Positions 57,049-64,000 of a stretch of 64,000 nucleotides of DNA are shown here, piece by piece. The stretch covers positions 64,001 to 128,000 of the forward strand of contig JBPOGI010000003.1 of assembly GCA_051251855.1 (NCBI GenBank), read 5' to 3'. Origin of the DNA: Roseibacillus sp. GTDB taxonomy: Bacteria > Verrucomicrobiota > Verrucomicrobiia > Verrucomicrobiales > Akkermansiaceae. The translations under genes and the position numbers were made by a program. The notes beneath the pieces were generated by a model. That model ran no database searches and had not been told where the DNA came from. It saw only the letters and a list, made by a program, of their open reading frames with translations. Each line of letters begins with the position of its first letter. Position 1 is the stretch's first letter.

Positions 57049-58911
57049 CTAGAGGCCTCGTTCTTCTGCGAGCTTGTTGGCGAGTCGTTTGACGTAGGCA
57101 CCGCTGTAGCCCTTTGGGGCAGGTCCGCTTATCTTCTTCACCCATTCGTCGGGAATTCGATCCAGTTTGTCGAGTTGGGTGTAGATGTTGACCACGTTTT
57201 GCTGGGCGTATTCGTTGCTCCCATCGGAGAGTTCTTTCAGGAGAAGGTCAAAAGCGCCTTCTGGGTGTCCGAGGGTGATGAGGGTTTGAGCGGCAGAGGC
57301 ACGGTTAACGGCGTTCTTGTCTTCGAGGAGCTTGGCAATGGTATCGGCGGCAGGTTGGGATTTTTCGCCCAAAATGAGGCAGCCTTGCAGAGCCCAATAG
57401 CGTTCGATGGGGTCCTCAGAGGAGAGTTTCTCAATGAAGGTGGGGAGGTGATCTGGATTACGATCGGAGGCTGTGAAGGCGAGGTCGACAAGAGCGGGCC
57501 AGTCGTTGGCGCGCTTTTTGGCATACCTGGCGATGGGTGTTTTGGGCGCGAGCTCAGCGAACATGGGCTCGGGGATGATTCCAGTGTCGCGAATTGTTAC
57601 CATTTGAGATTTGAGTGCGTTGCGCATTCTCTCGAGCTGTGCGGCATGGGAGGAGTCGCTGGCGAGGTTGGTGACTTCCCAGGGATCGGCTTGGGTGTCG
57701 AAGAGCTCCTCTACGATTTGGTTTTTTTCCCAAATTTGGCTGAAGCGCGAGTCGAGGGAGCCTTCTTGCCAGGCTTTTTGCCAAGCGACCCAAGCTTTTT
57801 GGCCGAACTGATAGTAGCTGTAGGGAGCAGCGGCATAGTGGGGGGTGAAGCGGCGAGTGTATTTCCAGCGCCCGTCGGTGAGGCCCCGTCGCATGCCGTA
57901 GATTTCGTCAAAGCGGTCGGCGAAGAGGAAGACGTAGTTGTCTTCGGTGGGCTCTTCGCGATGGCTCCCGAGGAAGGCGCGCCCTTGCATTTGCTCGGGT
58001 TTGGGCATGCCAAGGATGGAGAGTAATGTGGGAGCGAGGTCGACGAAGGCAGTGGTTTCATCGCTTACGCCAATCTGAGGAAAGGAGGAAAGTGCTTTCC
58101 ACTTTTCTGGGATATGGACGAGGAGGGGCACGTTGACACCGGTGTCCTCAAGGTAGCGCTTGCCGCGAGGGGTGATGCCACCATGGTCGGCGTAATAGAA
58201 GACGATGGTGTCGTCGGCGAGTCCTTGTTCTGCTAGCTCGGCGAGGGCCTTGCCAATGCGCCCGTCCATGAGGGTGATCATGTCGTAGTAGGTGGCGATG
58301 TCTTCGCGGACTTCGGGAAGATCAGGCAGATAGGGGCGGAGGAAGACGTCAGCAGGGGAGACGCGGGGTTGTTGCGGAATGAGGCCTTTTTCGCGTCGAC
58401 CGGTGATGTTTTTTTCGAACAGAGAGCTTTCGTGGGACTCGGTGAAGTTGAAGACGGCGAAGAAGGGTTGGCCTTCGGCACGGTTCTTGTAGTGAGCTTT
58501 GGAGTCGCATTCGTCCCAGACCTTCTTGTCGTTGATCTCGAAGTTGAAATCGGTCTTTGAGGCGTTGGTGCAGTAGTAGCCTGCTTCGCGGAGGTAGGTG
58601 ACGTAGGGTTTGTTGGCAGCGGGGATGGGGTGGCGGCTACGCATGTGCTGGGAGCCTTGGCTGGGTGCGTAAATACCGGTGAGGATGGTGGAGCGGGCAA
58701 CGGCGCAGACGGGGGCGTTGGAGAAGAAGTTGTCGAATCGGACCGAGCGGGCCGCGAGAGAGTCGATGTTGGGTGTCTTTGCTTGTTCGTTTCCGTAGCA
58801 GCCGAGCCATTGCTTGTCGTTGTCTTCGGAGGTGAGCCAGAGAATATTGGGGCGCTCGGCGGCCGCTATTAGGAGGGTGCCCAGGAGAAGAAAGAGGGTG
58901 GTTCGAATCAT
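57049..58911 (-). CDS. Sulfatase (formylglycine-dependent family) with C-terminal HEAT-like repeats
   Basis: RPNILWLTSED, APVCAVARSTILTG, YYADHGG, FVDLAPT, EELFDTQADPWE. Confidence 0.9.
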   Translation of the reverse strand: MIRTTLFLLLGTLLIAAAERPNILWLTSEDNDKQWLGCYGNEQAKTPNIDSLAARSVRFDNFFSNAPVCAVARSTILTGIYAPSQGSQHMRSRHPIPAANKPYVTYLREAGYYCTNASKTDFNFEINDKKVWDECDSKAHYKNRAEGQPFFAVFNFTESHESSLFEKNITGRREKGLIPQQPRVSPADVFLRPYLPDLPEVREDIATYYDMITLMDGRIGKALAELAEQGLADDTIVFYYADHGGITPRGKRYLEDTGVNVPLLVHIPEKWKALSSFPQIGVSDETTAFVDLAPTLLSILGMPKPEQMQGRAFLGSHREEPTEDNYVFLFADRFDEIYGMRRGLTDGRWKYTRRFTPHYAAAPYSYYQFGQKAWVAWQKAWQEGSLDSRFSQIWEKNQIVEELFDTQADPWEVTNLASDSSHAAQLERMRNALKSQMVTIRDTGIIPEPMFAELAPKTPIARYAKKRANDWPALVDLAFTASDRNPDHLPTFIEKLSSEDPIERYWALQGCLILGEKSQPAADTIAKLLEDKNAVNRASAAQTLITLGHPEGAFDLLLKELSDGSNEYAQQNVVNIYTQLDKLDRIPDEWVKKISGPAPKGYSGAYVKRLANKLAEERGL

Positions 58912-59040
58912 AAGAAGAAAAGGGTTACGGATTATCAAAGGGAAAGGTTTCGTCTAAGGGAAGAAATTTTCGATTGGCGAGATTCCGCAAGTTTTTGATT
59001 CCGTTTGTCTTTTCGAGTCAAAGGGTCCATTTTTCAGCTG

Positions 59041-60720
59041 ATGATGAGACCTTTTCTGACTTTCGCCATTAGTGGTGGAATCTCTTTGTTTGCAGCGAAT
59101 GCGGCCGAAATCCCGAGTGATGATTATTTTGTGGTGGAAACTCTTTCGGAGGGATTGGGGGATGCGATGGAGATTGCGGTGTTGCCGACGGGTGATGTCT
59201 TTATCGCGGAGCGGACAGGAGCGTTGAAATGGTATCAGCCCGAGAGCGGGGAGACCGTGGTGGTGAAGGAGTTTGATGTCGCGGTGAGGGAGAAGAAGAA
59301 AGGGAAGTGGGTCTCGCGCGAGACAGGTTTGCTTGGGATCACTGCGGACCCGAATTTCATGAAGAATGGGTGGATTTATTGCTACTACTCTGCTGAAAGA
59401 AAGGAAGAACACCGCTTGGCCCGTTTCACCTTTAAAGCGGGAAAACTCGGGGATGAAAAAATTCTTCTGAGTATTCCCCAAAGCCGAGAAGAGGGCGTCT
59501 GCCACGAGGGAGGGTCTTTGGCCTTCGACACTGAGGGGAATCTTTTCCTTTCTACGGGAGACAATACCAACCCCTTTGCATCTGATAAGTTTGCTCCTCT
59601 CGATGAGCGGAAGGATAAAGAATACATTAATTCGCAACGGAGTGCCGGAAACACGAACGACCTACGTGGAAAAATTCTTCGGATCACCCCAAAACCTGAT
59701 GGCACTTATACCATTCCTAAAGGGAATCTGTTTCCGGTTGGAGAGAAGAAGACTCGTCCCGAGATTTTTGTGATGGGTTGTCGGAACCCTTGGCGTATCG
59801 GCATCGATTCCAAGACCAACACTCTCTATTGGGGTGATGTCGGACCTGACTCTAACAAGGACTCCTCACGGGGACCTCGCGGTTATTGTGAAATCAATCA
59901 AGCGCAGACGGCAGGCTACTATGGCTGGCCCTACTTTGTGGGTGATAATCAGGCCTACGCCCGTTATGACTTCGAGACCAAGGAAGTCGGTGACAAGTTT
60001 GACCCGGACAAACCAGTCAATGAATCACGACTCAATACTGGACTGAAAACTCTTCCTCCCGCACGCGAGCCCTTCTGGTTTGAGAATCGCTCTTGCTACT
60101 GCGCGGGGCCAGTCTATCACTACGATGATTTTCCCAACAGCCAAAGTAAGTTACCAAAGAGTCTTGATAGCTGCCTTGTGACCTACGATTGGAACACTGG
60201 GTTTATGCAGCTCAGTAAAATTGATTCCAGCGGGAATCTTCTTTGGAAGAAAGACTGGCTGCATGGTAAGAAATTTATTCACCCTTCCGATGTTGAGTTT
60301 GGTCCAGACGGCTCAATGTATGTTTTGGAATATAGTAAGGGTTGGTATGATGGCTCTGATGGTAAACTTAAGAGAGTCACTTTCACGGAAGAAAAGCAGG
60401 AGCCCACTCTCGCCGAAGCTGACTCACGACTGGAAGGAATCTCTCCCAAGCATCCAGGCTACGCTCTTTTAGGTGAGGCGATTTGTTTGTCCTGTCATCA
60501 AACGCAAGAGAAGTCGATTGGACCGACCTATCTCGATGTAGCGACGAAATATCGGGGCGATAAAAATGCTGGTAAACTTCTCGCGAAGAAAATCCGCGAA
60601 GGAGGAGTGGGAGTCTGGGGAGAAATTCCAATGCCTCCCAATCCTCAATACAATCGCGAACAGCTCAGCCAGATGGTAGACGCGATTCTTTCTCTCGCTC
60701 CTGAAGAGCATGAGGAGTAG
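59041..60720 (+). CDS. PQQ-dependent sugar dehydrogenase-like (GSDH) protein with C-terminal cytochrome c
   Basis: GLLGITADPNF, CHEGGSLAF, STGDN, LRGKILRI, MGCRNPWR, GDVGPD; CLSCH...GPTY...MPP. Confidence 0.88.
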   Translation: MMRPFLTFAISGGISLFAANAAEIPSDDYFVVETLSEGLGDAMEIAVLPTGDVFIAERTGALKWYQPESGETVVVKEFDVAVREKKKGKWVSRETGLLGITADPNFMKNGWIYCYYSAERKEEHRLARFTFKAGKLGDEKILLSIPQSREEGVCHEGGSLAFDTEGNLFLSTGDNTNPFASDKFAPLDERKDKEYINSQRSAGNTNDLRGKILRITPKPDGTYTIPKGNLFPVGEKKTRPEIFVMGCRNPWRIGIDSKTNTLYWGDVGPDSNKDSSRGPRGYCEINQAQTAGYYGWPYFVGDNQAYARYDFETKEVGDKFDPDKPVNESRLNTGLKTLPPAREPFWFENRSCYCAGPVYHYDDFPNSQSKLPKSLDSCLVTYDWNTGFMQLSKIDSSGNLLWKKDWLHGKKFIHPSDVEFGPDGSMYVLEYSKGWYDGSDGKLKRVTFTEEKQEPTLAEADSRLEGISPKHPGYALLGEAICLSCHQTQEKSIGPTYLDVATKYRGDKNAGKLLAKKIREGGVGVWGEIPMPPNPQYNREQLSQMVDAILSLAPEEHEE

Positions 60721-60738
60721 CTGTTCCGAGGAGTCGGG

Positions 60739-61722
60739 CTATTTCTTTTCTGCTAATCTCAAGGCGGCTTCGCAGGCGGCGTAGAGGGAAGTGACCTGAG
60801 CGGTGCCTTGCCATGCAAGATTGTAGGCGGTGCCGTGGTCGACGGAGGTGCGGATGAAAGGGAGGCCGAGAGTGATGTTGACGGCTTCGTCGAAGGCGAG
60901 GGTCTTCAAGGGGATAAGGCCTTGGTCATGATACATGGCGATGTAACCATCGATGTCTTTGCGAAGAGCTGGGATGAAGGCGGTATCGGCGGAGAGAGGG
61001 CCGATGAGGTCGAGGCCTTCGGCACGAAGAATATCGATGGCGGGTTGGATGATGCGGGCTTCCTCGTCGCCAAAGAGCCCGTTTTCGCCAGCATGGGGAT
61101 TAAGGCCAAGGATGGCGAGGCGGGGTGGCTTGTGGGAGTTTTTCCAGAGAGGAAGGGCGGCTGCGGTGAGGCGGGTGACTTCGCAAATCCGTTCAGTGGT
61201 GAGAGAAGTGGCTACTTGAGCGACAGCCATGTGGGTAGTGACGAGGGTAGCGGTCACTTCGGGTGCGGAGAGCATCATGGCGTGTTCGGCAGTACCGGAG
61301 CGTTCAGTGAGGATCTCGGTGTGGCCATCATAAAGGTGGCCGCCCATGTGGAGGGCTTCTTTGGAAAGGGGGCAGGTAACGATGGCGTCGAACTTTCCTG
61401 CGATGGTGAGGTCAATGGCTTGGGTAAACCAGTGGTAGGCGGCTTGGCCGGAGAGAGCGGTAGGCAAGCCAGGCTGTAGCTCGGGGAGGCCTTCCACAGG
61501 AAGGTCGAGAATGGCTGGAACCGTAGGAGGCTCTGCCAAGAACTCTTCTTTATTGAGAATGGGAGCGGTGAGGGAGATTCCGGTGGCGGCGGCGACTCGG
61601 CGCAAGAGTTCGGCACTTCCTATGAGGATTGGGGTGGTGCCAGCAAGGGGTTGGGAGAGAACTCGCAGGGCAAGTTCCGGGCCAATGCCGGCAGGGTCTC
61701 CGATGGTGAGGGCGAGCTTCAT
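60739..61722 (-). CDS. pdxA: 4-hydroxythreonine-4-phosphate dehydrogenase
   Basis: TIGDPAGIGPE, GHTE, LNPHAGENG, AMYHDQG, RTSVDHGTA. Confidence 0.95.
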   Translation of the reverse strand: MKLALTIGDPAGIGPELALRVLSQPLAGTTPILIGSAELLRRVAAATGISLTAPILNKEEFLAEPPTVPAILDLPVEGLPELQPGLPTALSGQAAYHWFTQAIDLTIAGKFDAIVTCPLSKEALHMGGHLYDGHTEILTERSGTAEHAMMLSAPEVTATLVTTHMAVAQVATSLTTERICEVTRLTAAALPLWKNSHKPPRLAILGLNPHAGENGLFGDEEARIIQPAIDILRAEGLDLIGPLSADTAFIPALRKDIDGYIAMYHDQGLIPLKTLAFDEAVNITLGLPFIRTSVDHGTAYNLAWQGTAQVTSLYAACEAALRLAEKK

Positions 61723-61826
61723 GAGCAGAGCATCCGATGTCTTGGGCTTCGCGTCCAATCCTGAAAGAGGGGATTTCGACGGAAAGAAGGGTTTTCAGAG
61801 AGGCTTTGAGGAGGCAAGTTGGGGGC

Positions 61827-63110
61827 TTGAAGAACGAGTTCTATCGCGAGTTTGATCGGGAGCGCCTGTCGGGGAAGCCGGCAGGGGAGGATTATCGCAG
61901 CACCTTCCAAATTGATCGTGATCGCGTGCTCCACACCCCGACCTTTCGTTCTTTGCAGAGCAAGACGCAGGTTTTTTGGAGTGGGGAGTATGATTTTTAC
62001 CGCACGCGGCTGACTCACTCGTTGGAGGTGGCGCAGATTGGGCGGGGGATTTGCGATTGGTTGCAGAAGTCGAGCGACGTGTTCACTGACAACTTCTATG
62101 TCGATGCGGATTTGGTGGAGGCGGTTTGTCTTTCTCATGATCTGGGACATCCGCCGTTTGGGCATGCGGGAGAGCGTTCGCTCAATCACTTCATGCAAAA
62201 TCATGGAGGGTTCGAGGGTAATGCGCAGACGTTGCGCTTGCTCACCGAGCGTATCTTTAGCGAGAAGAGGCAGGGGATGGATCCTTCGCGGGCCTTTCTC
62301 GATGGGGTATTGAAGTATAAGTCGCTTTGGAGTGAAATGAGCGATGGCAACAAGCGACCCGAGCATCACTTCGTCTATGATCAGCAATGCCACTATCTTG
62401 ATTTTGTGATGGGTGGGCGTGACTTCCCTCTGGAGCTGACAGCGGGCAAAGAGCGGAACAACTTTAAGTCGATTGAATGTGCGATTATGGATTGGGCGGA
62501 TGATACCGCCTATTCGTTGAACGACCTAGCGGATGCGGCGCGGGCGGGATTTTTGACGGTGGAGAAGCTGGAGGCTTGGGCTGAGAAGAATGGGCTTGAA
62601 GCGGGAGAGCAGACACCGCTGGGTGACTTGAAGCGGGCGATGCGGCGCGGGCGGGTGGACTCTTTTGCAGGAATGCGGATTGGAAATTACATCAAGGCGT
62701 CGAGCCTCGTGGAGTGCACAAACTTCATGAGCGCGGAGACCAACCGCTATCGTTTTGGAGTAGCAACGACCGACGAGGTGAGGGAGGAGAGTGCCCTCTT
62801 CAAGAAGCTGGCTTTTGAAGTCGTCTTTCTGTCGCCGGAGCTGAAGCAGCTGGAGCATAAGGGGAGTTATATTCTGCGTAAGCTTTGGGAGTTGTTAGAG
62901 GCGCGGTACGTGCGAGGGGAGTCTATTGACGGTCAGCCGTTTCAGATTTTGCGTCCTTTGGACGAAGAGGAGATTGCAGCGGCTCCCAACGAGGACGCGA
63001 GGGCGCGGTTGGTTTGCGATTTGTTGGCTGGGATGACCGATGGTTCGGCGGCGCGGATGTATCGTCGCCTTTTTGAGCCGGGCTTTGGGTCGATTGGCGA
63101 CTTGGTATGA
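61827..63110 (+). CDS. dgt: dGTP triphosphohydrolase (HD family)
   Basis: DRDRV, FRSLQSKTQV, RTRLTHSLEVAQI, HDLGHPPFGHAGE, FEGNAQ, ADDTAYS, AGMTD. Confidence 0.92.
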   Translation: MKNEFYREFDRERLSGKPAGEDYRSTFQIDRDRVLHTPTFRSLQSKTQVFWSGEYDFYRTRLTHSLEVAQIGRGICDWLQKSSDVFTDNFYVDADLVEAVCLSHDLGHPPFGHAGERSLNHFMQNHGGFEGNAQTLRLLTERIFSEKRQGMDPSRAFLDGVLKYKSLWSEMSDGNKRPEHHFVYDQQCHYLDFVMGGRDFPLELTAGKERNNFKSIECAIMDWADDTAYSLNDLADAARAGFLTVEKLEAWAEKNGLEAGEQTPLGDLKRAMRRGRVDSFAGMRIGNYIKASSLVECTNFMSAETNRYRFGVATTDEVREESALFKKLAFEVVFLSPELKQLEHKGSYILRKLWELLEARYVRGESIDGQPFQILRPLDEEEIAAAPNEDARARLVCDLLAGMTDGSAARMYRRLFEPGFGSIGDLV

Positions 63111-63369
63111 GTTCAGCCTAGCCCTTAAAATGAGGAATCTTCCAGCGCCATCACAATCGGGTGATGACGCCGGAAGATTACCTGCGGATTTGGGTTTTTA
63201 ACGAAAGAAAGAGAAGACCAATCCTTTTTCTTTCACTAAGGATGATCACAAACGATCGGGGGGGGTGGCAATAGGAAAACACACAAAAATAGTTTGGATT
63301 TCGAAAGTAAAACGAGCGCATCGTTAGATCTTGTTGAGACGAAGAGAAGTGCTCAGATCAAAGGCCAGC

Positions 63370-63384
63370 TGGCACATCTCGTGC
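63370..63384 (+). promoter_or_regulatory. Putative sigma-54 (-24/-12) promoter of the urease operon
   Basis: TGGCAC-ATCTC-GTGC has exact GG-N10-GC spacing, about 120 bp upstream of ureA. Confidence 0.55.
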
Positions 63385-63503
63385 GTGATTTTCCATGGGT
63401 TACGGTTTCGCTGATTCGTTATGGCTTCGGTCATGGGCTAATGAGATGTAAATTCAGAGTTCCCATTCCACTATGAAATATTGCACTCTTCCTTCTTAAA
63501 CCA

Positions 63504-63806
63504 ATGCACCTGACCCCCCGAGAACGTGAAAAATTGATGGTCGTGGTCGCGGCTGATTTAGCGCGTCGTCGACAAAGTCGCGGTCTGAAGCTGAATTATC
63601 CTGAGGCTGTTGCCATCATTACCTATGAGGTGTTCGAAGGAGCCCGGGACGGCAAGTCCGTTGCGGAGTTGATGGATGAGGGGACTCGTATTCTCAGGCG
63701 TGACGACGTGATGGACGGAGTGGCGGAGATGATTCATGAAGTGCAGGTTGAGGCGACTTTTCCTGATGGAACGAAGCTGGTGACGGTGCATCACCCTATT
63801 CAATAA
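63504..63806 (+). CDS. ureA: Urease subunit gamma
   Basis: [41 protein letters not shown]. Confidence 0.97.
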   Translation: MHLTPREREKLMVVVAADLARRRQSRGLKLNYPEAVAIITYEVFEGARDGKSVAELMDEGTRILRRDDVMDGVAEMIHEVQVEATFPDGTKLVTVHHPIQ

Positions 63807-63811
63807 GCGAG

Positions 63812-64000
63812 ATGACCCCGGGAGAATTGATTGTAAAAAAAGGTGGGCCTCATGTTGCGAATGAGGGTCTTGATACTTTCTTGATATCGGTCGCCAATAC
63901 GGGGGATCGCCCCATTCAGGTGGGTAGTCATTTTCATTTTTATGAAGTGAACTCCTCGCTCTCCTTTGACCGCGAAGCAGCTCGTGGATTTCGGTTGAAT
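63812..64000 (+). CDS. ureB: Urease subunit beta, 3'-truncated by window edge
   Basis: MTPGELI...[21 protein letters not shown]. Confidence 0.95.
   Translation, partial: MTPGELIVKKGGPHVANEGLDTFLISVANTGDRPIQVGSHFHFYEVNSSLSFDREAARGFRLN

Overview
Bacterial chromosomal window of mostly core and metabolic genes. The likely source is Verrucomicrobiota (inferred from a PEP-CTERM protein, DUF1080, a HEAT-repeat sulfatase, an SHD1-like remnant and a membrane-anchored ECF sigma factor). It contains a DUF2126 / circularly permuted ATP-grasp+alpha-E / transglutaminase operon, tyrS, tRNA-His, rnc, mnmG, pdhAB, a PAS histidine kinase with response regulator, apbE, bcp, deoC plus an aldehyde dehydrogenase, sucCD, selD, pabB, an amidase-terminated envelope cluster, a four-gene hydroxyproline catabolic operon, queF, menD, pdxA, dgt and the start of a urease operon. 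Signals not in the ORF track: (1) a candidate riboswitch-like leader with mutually exclusive pairings ahead of a DUF6580-type membrane gene; (2) four parS-like palindromes around and inside mnmG; (3) selD begins at 29100 and reads through an in-frame UGA (CAGU motif) followed by a SECIS-like hairpin; (4) a perfect 7x14-bp tandem repeat; (5) a sigma-54-type promoter before ureA; (6) an SHD1-domain pseudogene. No CRISPR array, rRNA, transposase or integrase was seen. All product calls come from motif recognition, not database searches.
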